Assembly (NCBI RefSeq): GCF_006345805.1 | Contig: NW_021824050.1 | Location: 1-21,385 of the forward strand | Reading direction: 5' to 3' | DNA length: 21,385 nucleotides | Source: Octopus sinensis | Taxonomy: Eukaryota | Shown: positions 9,226 to 20,651 of the stretch, in pieces | How the letters are laid out: the number at the start of each line of letters is the position of its first letter | Numbering within the stretch: position 1 is the stretch's first letter | Position numbers and translations under genes: made by a program | Notes under the pieces: model-generated | Databases searched by the model: none | Seen by the model: the letters and a program-made list of their open reading frames with translations, nothing else | What the model was told of the DNA's origin: nothing

Positions 9226-9339
9226 GTCACACACATACACACATACACACACATACACGCACGCACGCACACTTGTACACACACACGCACACTTGTACAC
9301 ACACACACACACACAGACACACATATATATATATATATA

Positions 9340-9452
9340 TAAGACATTGATCGGCCCAGGACTATAGCAGAAGACAGTTGTTAATGAAGTCGTTCATTGG
9401 ACATGAACCAGAATCCAGAGGTTTATAAAGTGAGCTTCTTAACCATATCCAT
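9340..9452 (-). mobile_element. Old SINE type A 5' fragment
   Basis: AAGACATTGATCGGCCCAGGACTATAGCAGAAGACA aligns with AAGGCATTGGTCGGCCCGGGGCTATAGCAGAAGACA in the 1-386 copy. Confidence 0.65.
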
Positions 9453-9454
9453 GT

Positions 9455-9457
9455 ATG

Positions 9458-9512
<55 letters not shown>

Positions 9513-9570
9513 CTATCTATCTATCTATCTATCTGACTGTCTGTCTCTCTCTCTCTCTCTCTCTCCTAAG

Positions 9571-9611
<41 letters not shown>

Positions 9612-9770
9612 CATATATACATACATACCTATATATATATATGTTCATATATATATGCATATATATATATATACATTTATACATATACATATATATGCGT
9701 ATATATATATATATATATATATACATACTTATATAAATATATATGTTCATATATGCATGCATGTGTGTAT
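9455..9770. repeat. (CTAT)n-(CT)n-(TA)n-(GT)n compound microsatellite
   Basis: Seen directly. Confidence 0.92.
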
Positions 9771-9879
9771 AGAGGGAGGTGTGTAGAGAGAAGGAAGGGG
9801 AGGTGTAGTAAGAAGAAAAGTAGAAACAGATAACGAGATATAGACAACCAAAAGGAATGAATGAAATATAGAGGTTGTG

Positions 9880-10115
9880 CGTGAGAGAGAGAGAGGAGAG
9901 AGAATGAGAGAGAGGAAGAGAGAAAGCGAGAAACAGAAAGAAAGAGAGAGAAATAGAGAGAGACAGGGAGAGTTTTGAAACGCCAGTGATTGGTTGGTTA
10001 ATTACGGCATCAAATGACGCTAAACTAAGTTTATATTACGCTTCACTAAATAATATTGGTGTATGTAGCTTTTTTCTCCTTCTTATTGGAGAGAGTTCTC
10101 AATGACTACCTCCCT

Positions 10116-10158
<43 letters not shown>

Positions 10159-10165
10159 ACACACA
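9880..10165. repeat. (GA)-rich tract (9880-9965) and (CT)n(CA)n (10118-10165)
   Basis: Seen directly. Confidence 0.8.
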
Positions 10166-10720
10166 AACACATACATACGCATGCAAACAACCACTCAAAT
10201 AAACGCAAACACGCATACACATTCACATAGAGCCAACCCTCTGCACACAGATACATTCTCGCGCAAGTATACAAACATAGTAACAGACACAGATAAATGG
10301 TCATACAAGCATAAAATAGATGGATCTTCGTCAGAGTCGACGGGGAATAATCCAGGTATTCAATTGGCTAAACTCTCTCCACATTCAATTACTGTACAAA
10401 CTGGTTGAATATTCGATAGAGATTTGTTGATGACAACTAATCTTAAGACAGAGTCAACATTGCAGATTGCGTGCGAGTATGTGTGCGTGTGCTTGAGTAA
10501 GTGTGTGTATGTGTGTGTGTGAGAGATGTATGTCTGAGTGTGTGTGTATTATTGTGTGTGTTTGTGTGTGCGATTATGTTCGTACGTGCATGCGTGCGAC
10601 AAGGCTGAGTCTTTAAATTTTTTACATCTTGTTTTATAATGTAAGTGGCTGAATATTCCGCAGATATAAATGTGTTCTTTTATTTCTAATTGCTTTTTCT
10701 CTACTGGTCTATTCTTTCAG

Positions 10721-10813
10721 AAGAAGAGCATATGCTCGAAACGCAAAATAATTTCCCACAGACTGAATCAGCTTGACATAATATGTGACATGGCTGACCC
10801 TAAAGAATTACAG
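10721..10813 (+). CDS. Candidate 93-nt exon (in-frame internal exon, or UTR plus start MADPKELQ)
   Basis: Branch-like CTAAT at 10686-10690, a long pyrimidine tract ending TTCTTTCAG, and donor CAG|GTAGAC. One frame is open (KKSICSKRKIISHRLNQLDIICDMADPKELQ), and there is an ATG in good context (GACATGG) at 10790. Confidence 0.4.
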
Positions 10814-10888
10814 GTAGACCCTATAAATCATAGTCATCAACACACATTTCGATCTATTTGAGCCTATGGTACCAGACACCTTCTAAAG

Positions 10889-11060
10889 TAGGGGTTCCTA
10901 GCTGGGGTCCATTTGGACACGGGGGTGTCCATATAAGACTTTTGGGAGCCTACAGATGCTGTATAGGAAACTGGGAGTCCACAGATATTTTTCAGAGGCC
11001 ATGAAAAAATTGTGCCTCAGACCAGTAAAATTATGTGCAATAAGTAGGTTATACCTCTAC
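10889..11060 (+). mobile_element. Possible decayed hAT-type MITE
   Basis: It starts TAGGGGTTCCTAGCTGGGGTCC, which resembles CAGGGGTTCCCAACCTGGGGTCC-type hAT termini. The right TIR is not convincingly preserved. Confidence 0.25.
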
Positions 11061-11094
11061 AATACAGACACTATTTCACCAATTTATATACATA

Positions 11095-11243
11095 GGCACA
11101 GGGGTGGCTGCGTGGTAAGGAACTTGCTTCGCAACCACATAGTTCCGGGTTCAGTCTCATTGCATGGCACATTGGGTAAGGCTTCTGAGCGGATTTGGTA
11201 GACGGAAACTGAAAAGAAACCCACCGTGTTTATATATTATATA

Positions 11244-11287
<44 letters not shown>

Positions 11288-11327
11288 ATATTATATATAT
11301 ATATGTATGTGGTGGGTGTGTACGTGT

Positions 11328-11371
<44 letters not shown>

Positions 11372-11587
11372 GATATTGTAAGTATGTTGTGTTGTCTGTG
11401 TTTGTCTCCCCACTATAGCTTGACAACCGATGTTGGTGTGTTTACATCTACGTAATACAGAGGTTCGGCAAAAGAGACCGATAGAATAAATACCAGGATT
11501 ACAGAGAATTAGTCCTGGGGTCGATTTCTCCGATTAAAGGCAGTGCTCCAGCATTGCCGCTGCCAAATGACTGAAAAGAATAAAAGA
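11095..11587 (+). mobile_element. SINE type A with an expanded internal (TA)n and a short 5' internal deletion
   Basis: GGCACAGGGGTGGCTGCGTGGTAAG...TTCCGGGTTCAGTC head, GGATTTGGTAGACGGAAACTGAAA, and 3' end CTCCAGCATTGCCGC...AAATGACTGAAAAGAATAAAAGA. Confidence 0.9.
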
Positions 11588-11744
11588 AAGTCCTAATAAT
11601 ATATAATTATAAAAATTCAATACGATTTTTTGAATATCGAATGGTTTTGATGTTCCACCCAAGTAAATCAGGAATCAAATGGGGTACATAGGTAAAGAAT
11701 GATTGAGATACCCTGATCTAAAGCATCTGTCTATCATCAACGAA

Positions 11745-11803
11745 TGAACCCGGAACCATCTGGTTGGTAAGCAAGCTAGTTACCACAAAGTCACTCCTGC
11801 GCC
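11745..11803 (-). mobile_element. SINE type A head-only fragment
   Basis: The reverse complement is GGCGCAGGAGTGACTTTGTGGTAAC...GGTTCCGGGTTCA. It stops within the B box and abuts (TA)n at its 5' side. Confidence 0.85.
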
Positions 11804-11806
11804 TAT

Positions 11807-11837
<31 letters not shown>

Positions 11838-12309
11838 AATAATTAAATTACGTATTATGCACTTTATTGTGTTTTGTTAAACGAGTGATCCCTCGGCCAG
11901 TGTAAATATTTCCTTGCTTGAAACCGGTGCGTGGTGCAAAAAGTGGTCGGGGACCGCTAGCATAGAGGACAGTTTGTTACCCATACAAAAATGTGCCTTC
12001 CTGGCACGTCACTGATCAATCCAAAAAGAACGGGGCTTCCGTTACAATCTGGTACCAGCGCCGTGGCAGGAGTAACCAGAATGAGGTTGTAGACAATGTC
12101 GAAGTACCGCAGAGGTTTCCAGGCCACCAGACACCTACCAAGCCATCTTTTGCAGTGCAATTCCCCGGAAAAACTTAAGATTGTAAAGCAAATTTTTCGG
12201 TCAAAAGATTTGGTTTATAGTGGTGGTGGTGAAAAATAGTAGAACGGTGCAGGGTCTGGAGACCCAAGGGGATGCATTGACGATCAAGGGTATTAAAAAA
12301 AAAGCCCTT

Positions 12310-12452
12310 GATCATTTGTTTCTCACTTTCATTTTCCCTTTTTAAAAGAATCTTTCTTAATTCTCTTCCATTTTCTCTTGTATCTCTTCTCCTTTAGCCT
12401 ATTGTTTCTTTCTATTTCTGACTCATTCCCCTTCCGTCTTTCCTATACCCCT

Positions 12453-12488
<36 letters not shown>

Positions 12489-12895
12489 ACACACACACGC
12501 AGTCATTTACTCTCTCTTACCATTTCCAAATTCATTATCTCATTAGCTCTATATTTTATCCTCCTCATGACTTATTCTCTCCCTACTTCTTTAACTCTCT
12601 TTCTCTCCCTCCTTCTTTCTCTATCTTTCTACCTCTCTTGATGTCTCTCTTTGTCTCTCTCTGTCCCTGTCCTCTCTCTATTTGTTTTCATGTCTTCTTG
12701 TCTTTGTCTCTCTCTCTCTCTCTGTCAATCTCTCTTTACCTTTCTTTTTGTCTTTCTCTGACTCTGTGTTTCTCTCTCTATTTCTTACTGTTTTTCACTC
12801 TGTATATTTCTCAGTACTCCTGTGTGTGATCCTCTCTCACTCTTTCTCATTATGTATCTCTCTCTTTTTCTCTTTCCCTCTTTCTCTCACACTCT
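12310..12895. repeat. Long CT-rich polypyrimidine low-complexity tract
   Basis: Seen directly. It is the source of the Ser/Leu/Phe ORFs. Confidence 0.85.
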
Positions 12896-13329
12896 TCGTC
12901 ACAAATTAGCGATCCAAAAAATAAAGGAATCATCAAGAGAAACTAACTTAGTTAACCAACCAAAACTACAAACAAAATACAAAAATAAAAATACAACATA
13001 TATAAATAAACTTTAAAAAAACCCAACAAAACCGAAAGTGAAAGTAACAAAGATTTGTGGGTGGCTTGAAAAGGAAAGGGAGGGGGAATTATAGCAAAGA
13101 AGAAAAACAAAACAAAGCAAAAAACAACAACACACATAAAAGAAAAACAATAATAACAACAAATGCAAAAACTAAAAATGGTTGCTTATTTTATATTTTT
13201 ATAATTTTTTCTCCGTAATTTCCGTCGTAAAAAGGACCCCGGGTCTTGTCAAAAAGATTTGTAATCAATCATCAAAATTTCATTTCTATGCACTTTGAAA
13301 ATGTCACGTGTGACAGATAGTAAAGATGG

Positions 13330-14122
13330 CAGCGGTAGTAGTAGTAGTAGTAGTAGTAAGTAGTAGTAGTATAGTAGTAGTAGTAGTGGTGGTGGTGGTG
13401 GCAGACGGAATAAGAACGGCGGATAGAATGAGGTGTTGTTGATATCGGATTGGGGCAAGCTAAGTCGAAGGGTCGGTGGTAAATAGAGGCGCAAGCGGGC
13501 AGGATGGTTGGTTGGCTGGTTATTTTTTTAATGATTTTTTTCATTTTTCTCATTTTCCTTTTTTTTTTTCCTGTTGTGTTGCTTTGTTTAGTCTTTAGTC
13601 GCCGCCCAGATTCGATTTAAGTCGATCCAAACCAAATAAGATTTCTACTGGACGTTATTGTTGCTGTTGTTGATACTGTTGTTGTTGTTGTTGCTCTTGT
13701 TATTGTTGAGACGAAAGGATTTTAATAAATTCTGTACCGGACTGAACCGAACAGATTGGTAATTGAAGTGATGGGAAAATGAACAAGAGGCTTATAAACA
13801 CCACCACCAACAACAACATCAACCTACTACTACTACTACTACTACACTACTACTACTACTACCGCCACCACCAACACCACAACTACTACTACTACTACTA
13901 CTACTACTACCGCCACCACCAACACCACAACTACTACTACTACTACTGCCACCACCACCACTACTCTACTACTACTACTACTACTTAGTAGTAACAACAC
14001 CATCATCAGCAGCAGTAGAAACAGCCACAACACCGACAAGAAGAGGAATGACAACAACACAAACAACAAGGACATCATCGATGACGACAACAGCAACAGC
14101 TGCTGCAATAACAACAACAACA

Positions 14123-14154
<32 letters not shown>

Positions 14155-14210
14155 ATTAGCAACAACAGTAACAACAACTGCAACATCAACAAGAACAATT
14201 ACAACATTGA
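13330..14210. repeat. Compound trinucleotide tracts: (GTA)n(GGT)n at 13335-13403 and (CTA)n/(CAC)n/(AAC)n at 13790-14210
   Basis: Seen directly. Includes a twice-repeated unit TACCGCCACCACCAACACCACAAC(TAC)n. Confidence 0.85.
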
Positions 14211-14257
14211 TAATGATTCCAAATTTTCGCCCAGGGCCAGCAGGTTTTGAGTGGAGG

Positions 14258-14372
14258 GGGAGTTGATTGCAATAGTTGACTCCAGTAGTTGACTGGTACT
14301 TATTTTATCGAACCCCGAAAAGATGAAAGACAGAGCCGACCTCTGCAGAATTTCAGCTCAGAGCGTAAAACG
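14258..14372 (-). mobile_element. SINE type C internal fragment
   Basis: ACTGGTACTTATTTTATCGAACCCCGAAAAGATGAAAGACAGAGCCGACCTCTGCAGAATTTCAGCTCAG aligns to 14773-14845. Confidence 0.8.
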
Positions 14373-14378
14373 TATATA

Positions 14379-14438
<60 letters not shown>

Positions 14439-14619
14439 CGAGCAAAACGCCCCCCCCCCCGTCCAATGGACAGTGCTGAGTTGTCAAACATTTAAACCAA
14501 ATTTTCTCAGAACTACTTGTCCGGCCGTTCCATAGGGCTCCCCTTTGATAAACACAGATTTACCCTAAATTTGAGACACCAGCAAAAGAAGAAATAGAGA
14601 TAGACTTTTTTCTATTCCA

Positions 14620-15025
14620 AAGAAGGCTTTTTTGATCGCATTCTCACCTAGAATCGATTTTTGTAATTTTTCAAGACTTATATATTTCTTTATTACCCAC
14701 AAGGGGCTAAACACAGAGGGGACAAACAAGGACAGACAAACGGATTAAGTCGATTACATCGACCCCAGTGCGCAACTGGTACTTAATTTATCGACCCCGA
14801 AAGGATGAAAAGCAAAGCCGACTTCGGCGGAATTTGAACCCAGAACGTAACGGCAGACGAAATACGGCTACGCATTTCGCCCGGCCTGCTAACGTTTCTG
14901 CCAGCTCGCCACGACTTGATACCGTCGGTATCTACATATCAAATTTGAGCGCAATCGGATGGAGGATGCCCGAGATCCTAGAAGACACACACAAAGACAT
15001 ACAGAACGGATTTTATATAATATAT
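14620..15025 (-). mobile_element. Helitron-like 5' fragment interrupted by a type C SINE
   Basis: The minus strand at about 15025 reads TATATAAAATCCGTTCTGTATGTCTTTGTGTGTGTC...CATCCGATTGCGCTCAAATTTGATATG. This is the same (TA)n-AAA-CTGT/GT layout as the 5' end of the 3597 Helitron. Continuation left of the SINE is inferred from a recalled consensus. Confidence 0.4.
14685..14910 (-). mobile_element. tRNA-derived SINE type C, near full length
   Basis: Minus-strand head GGCGAGCTGGCAGAAACGTTAGC, B box GGTTCAAATTCC, body GCTTTTCATCCTTTCGGGGTCGATAAATTAAGTACC, and tail TTAGCCCCTTGTGGGTAATAAAGAAA. Confidence 0.88.
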
Positions 15026-15606
15026 ATAAATATATATATACCAAACCAAGTAGTAGAATACAGACATATGTGTATGTATGTACTCAATTATTTAGCTTTA
15101 TCTTTAGATTTCTTACCAAAAGAGAAAAAGCCAATTTCTATTCTGGATCCAAGGCTCCTTCATTGGAATTTCAACATCAACAGATATCAGTACATTCGAA
15201 GACCTGTATGTTTTCTTTTAAGCATGTCTAGAAATGCGTATATATACTTAAATGCTAAAAAAAGTTTCACATTTTTTTTACAGTTCCTGTGTGCGAGTGT
15301 CTATGTACTTCAATTTCGCTTGTCTCAGTCATGTCCAACTAAAATGCAATGTACATTGGGATGACTTTCTTGAGAGAACCAATTTCTCAGTCTTCGCAAT
15401 ATTTATTCTCATTCCTTCTTCGTGGCAATATTCCCGCGATTTCTGAAAGACATGCAATAAAATATACATTTGGTCGGATGTGCTGCATCCAGAGCGAATA
15501 CCATACCGTTCTTCAGCTAGCTTGGGTTCGACAATTTCTCTACACCTCGTTTCAAAACACTTAGCTTAGGGTTTATCAGGGAGGAATAACAAGGAGATTC
15601 TCTATA

Positions 15607-15708
<102 letters not shown>

Positions 15709-17058
15709 GAGCACATCGAGCAGGTCGGCGAGACACTAAAAAACTACGAAGCGGTGACAGGAGCGAAAATCAACCAGGAAAAGTCAGTGGGCTTGCGACT
15801 AGGCACCTGGAGAAGCAAGCCCATACCGACCACCAGCGCCTCGGTCGTGGGACGCTGGACTGACGGTCCGGTCGAGTTGCTCGGGGTCTGGTTCGGTCCG
15901 GACCTCCAAGTGGAGAAGAACTGGAACGAGATAACGAGTAGGGTGGTCACTCCCGCCCGGCAATGGGCCGAGAGGAAACTGTCCCTAAAAAGTCTGGCGG
16001 AGGTGGCGAACACGTACATCGCGTCCGTCATCTACTACCGCCTGGCGGTCGTGCCTTGTCCCGACCCTACCATCACCAAACTAGAAAGCATTCTCTTTCG
16101 CTTCTTGTGGAAAGGATGCGTCCCGATGGTCAGGCGATCCATTTGCTGTCAATACCCGTTAAAAGGAGCACTGGGCATGCCGTGGTTGATGATGCGCAGA
16201 CACGCGCTGAGACTGCGACATCTCAGGCTCTTCGTAGACGACGGTGAACAGGTGTGGTCGCCATTTGTGGGGCACGCTTTCCCGCAGCTCGTCTCTATGA
16301 CCGAACTGCAGTCGTGGATCAAAAAGAGGCCGAGGAAGGGCGAATGGCACCGCGAGTGTCGCGTTGCTCTCAAGCAACTTTGCCGTCCTGGGTCGACCTT
16401 GTGTGACTCCATCACAGCCAAAGCATTCTATAGGGGCTTAGTGGAGGGGAGGTACGACGACGAGCTCGGGGCGAACCTGGACGTCGACGAGGAATACCTG
16501 ACCCGCCTGTTCGGGACGACTTTCGGGCCAGGGCCCATGGACAACTTCCAGAGATCCCTGGCCTGGCAGTGCTACCGAGAAGCGCTACTCGTTCGGGATA
16601 AGCTCTATAGACACGGCTCGAGAAACACGGGGCCGACCTGCCCGAGATGCGGTCAGAGCGACGAAACCGTTCTGCACGCACTTGTGCAGTGTCCAACAAT
16701 TTCCGACCTGTGGGCTTATATCGAACAACTGCTGTCACGTGTGGGACGAGTCGGTTTATCAGCTGAGTCTATCGTCAATATTGTCACGCCTCCTTCTTTC
16801 AAACGGGAAGGAAGAGCTATTTTCATCATCCTTGTGGCTATGGCGAAAGAATGTATCTGGTGGACGCGTCTGAAAGGATTAGAGACAAACACTTTCCTCT
16901 CTGGTCAATCTCTCATCAACTTCTTCAAGTACCACTTGAAAAGGAAAGTGAGAGTAGAGAGGCCAGTTTTGTGTAGCGAATGTTTTAAAAAAAGATGGGT
17001 GAATGTAGCAAGGATGGCACGTATGAATGACGAAGCCACCTTGAGCATAATCCTATGA
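15709..17058 (+). CDS. LINE ORF2 remnant: C-terminal reverse transcriptase/thumb region plus CCHC zinc finger (zf-RVT type)
   Basis: The frame is open from EHIEQVGETLKNYEAVTGAKINQEKS (RT motif just after YADD) through LLGVWFG, KLSLKS, FLWKG, GALGMP, LAWQCYREAL and CPRCGQSDETVLHALVQC (C-x2-C-x8-H-x4-C) to the stop. 449 codons with no stop or frameshift. There is no native start, so it cannot encode a full RT. Confidence 0.9.
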   Translation, partial: EHIEQVGETLKNYEAVTGAKINQEKSVGLRLGTWRSKPIPTTSASVVGRWTDGPVELLGVWFGPDLQVEKNWNEITSRVVTPARQWAERKLSLKSLAEVANTYIASVIYYRLAVVPCPDPTITKLESILFRFLWKGCVPMVRRSICCQYPLKGALGMPWLMMRRHALRLRHLRLFVDDGEQVWSPFVGHAFPQLVSMTELQSWIKKRPRKGEWHRECRVALKQLCRPGSTLCDSITAKAFYRGLVEGRYDDELGANLDVDEEYLTRLFGTTFGPGPMDNFQRSLAWQCYREALLVRDKLYRHGSRNTGPTCPRCGQSDETVLHALVQCPTISDLWAYIEQLLSRVGRVGLSAESIVNIVTPPSFKREGRAIFIILVAMAKECIWWTRLKGLETNTFLSGQSLINFFKYHLKRKVRVERPVLCSECFKKRWVNVARMARMNDEATLSIIL

Positions 17059-17470
17059 ACCCAGAAATTGAGAACAGAGGGTTACCACTTGCAAACAAAT
17101 GTGGTAACATATAACAATATTGACCGAGGTTACCGTGGTCTTTTTCGTAGGCTTTTCTTCCCACGTATAAACCTTATCTGCTTCCCTCTTTACACCGTAC
17201 ATCATGACACTGGGATACACGATCCCTATTGATCGTTTTTTTTTTCCTCTTCCCCTTTTTTCCTCTTTTTTCTTCTTTTTTCCTTTTTCTCTTTTGTTTC
17301 TTTTCCTTTTTTTCTTTTTTCTTCTTTTTTTTCTTCTTTTTTCCCTTTTACGATCCCTTTTGATCGAAAACCTACGCCCCTTTTTTCTTGTTTCTTTTGT
17401 TTTTTTGTTTTTTGTTTTTTTTCATCCCCCAAAAGAAAAGCGCTACCTTGTAATTTTATATGAATAATAT
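15709..17470 (+). mobile_element. 5'-truncated Tx1/L1-clade non-LTR retrotransposon (ORF2 3' part plus T-rich 3' UTR)
   Basis: Contains the ORF2 remnant, then a ~410-nt 3' UTR with a T-rich tract ending ...TTGTAATTTTATATGAATAATATAT. The 3' boundary is approximate and no TSD was identified. Confidence 0.88.
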
Positions 17471-17561
17471 ATAGTCTATTGACTAACTTTTCTGTACGCT
17501 AGGCTACTGGTAGTAAAAATTTCTAAAATCTTTATTACCCTGATAATATTAATCATATAAG

Positions 17562-17663
<102 letters not shown>

Positions 17664-17699
17664 ATATGAATGTATCTTTTATCGCTTATTTTCCATAGA

Positions 17700-17994
17700 C
17701 TTTAGTCATTAGTGTGCATTGGCAGGATTTGCCGAACAAACGGAACCGTGTTCCTATTTTCAAATCTAGTACTTATTCTATTGGTCTGTTGTACCAAACC
17801 GCAACGTTACGGGGACGTAAACAAACCAACACCAGTCAATAAGCGGTTGTGGAGCAAACACGCACACACATACACACACACACACACACACGAACACATA
17901 CACACACACACAAATGTATAAATATATATACACGACAGGAATCCACACAGTTTCCCATAATCAGATTCATTCACAGGACGTTGGTCAGAGCTAT
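17700..17994 (-). mobile_element. Diverged SINE type A lacking its tRNA head
   Basis: CTAGTACTTATTCTATTGGTCT...TTACGGGGACGTAAACAAACC, an internal CA/TA tract, and ACGACAGG...CAGTTTCC...TTGGTC, collinear with the 1-386 copy up to about its position 280. Confidence 0.7.
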
Positions 17995-18345
17995 GCCGTC
18001 GGAGACTTCGGTTTCTGGTAGGGCAACCCAAGGCGGATTGGTCTGACACCCAGCGGTATCAGGGCCGCACCCGGCTAATGAGGCTCTGGTGAACAGAAGC
18101 GTCTGATCCGGCAACCGGCGGCGGCTTCAAACCGTCCTGTCTCTGCGTCTGTGGAAAATCTACGGCAAACAAGACGTTCTCCCAACAGGGATATACTTGC
18201 GGCTGGGGACCGCTAGCGAACTTCCTATTCCCAAGCTCCTTCAAATATTCCTCAGTGGTCAATCTGGGGCTACAAAAAAAAAACGACAAATGCCGAAGGT
18301 GCAACGCGCTGGTATTGAACTGCAAAATTAGCTTCTTATCCACTC
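17987..18345 (-). mobile_element. GC-richer LINE-like fragment (possibly an RTE-clade 5' region)
   Basis: The minus strand ends GGTTGCCCTACCAGAAACCGAAGTCTCCGACGGCATAGCTCT. This resembles a CCTACC...CCG...GCATAGCTCTC motif recalled from RTE-type 5' regions (not verified). It carries a 94-codon ORF with no recognised homology. Confidence 0.35.
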
Positions 18346-18639
18346 AGCCGTGCATGCATATACCGAAAAAAGTATTTCTCCTACACTCACTCTTTCTCTT
18401 CCATTTTTCTAATTTTTTTTTTTTTTGTTTTTTTTTTTTGTTTTTTGCGCATGTTTTATGCATCTGAATTCGAAATGTCTTCAGAATTGGTTGAATGCAA
18501 CATTTTGGAGTGATTCAACATTCTACAACAAACTGAAGAATGTCAGCGTCTTTTAAAAACAATTTATCTAAAAACGAATTCATGTGATTATATTTATTTT
18601 GGGTATCAATAAAACCAAGCGAACCCGAGTGTCGGTGCT

Positions 18640-18724
18640 TGTGTGTATTTGTACGCGTGTCAATATATACGTTTATATTCATATATACTCACATATATAC
18701 ATACAACTATGTATTATATATATA

Positions 18725-18766
<42 letters not shown>

Positions 18767-19052
18767 TTATATATATATATACATATATATATATTTATAT
18801 ATATACATGTCTATATACATATATATATATATATATATGTGTGTCTGTATCTTTCTATGCATACATGAATGTATACTCGCTTATATATACACAAGCTCGC
18901 CACCACAAATATCCCATTTATTTGCCTATTAACTGAATAAAGTACATAAAGATTCCACAGTCAATCACCTTTTGTGTTAATGTTAGATATTCTATGCAAT
19001 GATACGTAATTGCATATGATACATACATATATATATATATATATATAATATA

Positions 19053-19083
<31 letters not shown>

Positions 19084-19107
19084 CATGTCTATATACATAT
19101 ATATATG

Positions 19108-19166
<59 letters not shown>

Positions 19167-19222
19167 CACACACACATATTCAGAGAGGAATATATAGATA
19201 TCTATATATCTATATATCTATG

Positions 19223-19262
<40 letters not shown>

Positions 19263-20001
19263 CATGAATGTATATATATATATATACGTATATATGCACA
19301 CATGCATATAATCACCCCACACGTGCACGCACAAACACACACACACACACACATGTATTTATATATAGTCACACATATACATATATTCATATATTTGCAT
19401 ACAAAAAAATTGCATTTAGCTGTATACTTGTCCACACAACACGATTCTTTAAACTCATGTTCGGTACATGAGTGTGTACAAGGAAGAAATTATGTAAATA
19501 TGTTCGCAGTTGATTTTTGTCTTGGAGAAAAAGATTGATGGCAGGAATATAGGTATGGTAATATGGCGGTAGTAATGATGGTTGTAGTGATGGAGATGGT
19601 GATGGTGGTGGAGTTGGTGCGGGGGTTGTTCGGAACGTGTTGGCGATTGGAATTGGGTAGGAGTTTGGTCGACAGCGGTCCTTCATGTTGAGAACATGGA
19701 ACGTACACATACATGTACATACATGTACGATGCGCGCAAATATATATAGATATATATATACATATATACATATATCTATATATATGTTTGCATATATATA
19801 TAGATAGATAGATAAATGTATATGTATTATGTATATATGTATTTATGTATGTGTATATACATATATATATATTTATATATGCACATACATATATACATAT
19901 ATGTATATATGTGTGTGTATATTCATATATACAAGTATGTATGCTTGTATATTTATATATATATTTGTGTGTGTATTATATATAATATAAACATATGTAT
20001 A

Positions 20002-20049
<48 letters not shown>

Positions 20050-20110
20050 TATACATATATAAATATATGCTTATATGATATATACATATATATCCAATAT
20101 ATATTCGCGT
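18640..20110. repeat. Extended (TA)n/(TATG)n/(CA)n low-complexity region with local slippage duplications
   Basis: Seen directly. For example ATTTATATATATACATGTCTATATACATATATATAT occurs near both 18793 and 19071. Confidence 0.85.
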
Positions 20111-20651
20111 ATACATATATAAGTCTAAATGCACATATCTATTAAATTAAGACGAACAGCAACACGTACATACGCCGCTACTTCCAAATATACATACCGA
20201 AGCAGATACAAAAATGATCGCGTTCATACACACACACACACACACACGTAAGTATGTGTTTGTACATATGTGTATGTACATATGTGTATATTCATCGTGA
20301 TCATCATTATCATGCTATATTACACCCACACATATATTATATACTACCGTGTGTGTAGACTTGTATATACATATAACTTATATATCCATCACTGTGAAGC
20401 ATTGAGTATCAAAGTACTTACATATGGAGAAGAATATGTACTCTTTTGAGTACGTTTGTATGAATATGTGTATAATTGCGAATGATTTAATGCTTGTAAT
20501 GACCAATTATAACTTTTAACGTATATACATACATATATGCATACATACATACACACACACACACATTGATATTTAGCTGAAAGGACAGAGTGACTCAAGG
20601 CCCGGGAGTTTCGTGCGTTAGCACTTATCGAGCTGTTGTTTATATAAAATT

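Noticed and set aside
15117-15203. Possible 87-nt minus-strand exon with a GTAAGA donor
   Set aside because: The acceptor region is purine-rich, no homology was recognised, and its phase does not match the other minus-strand candidates.
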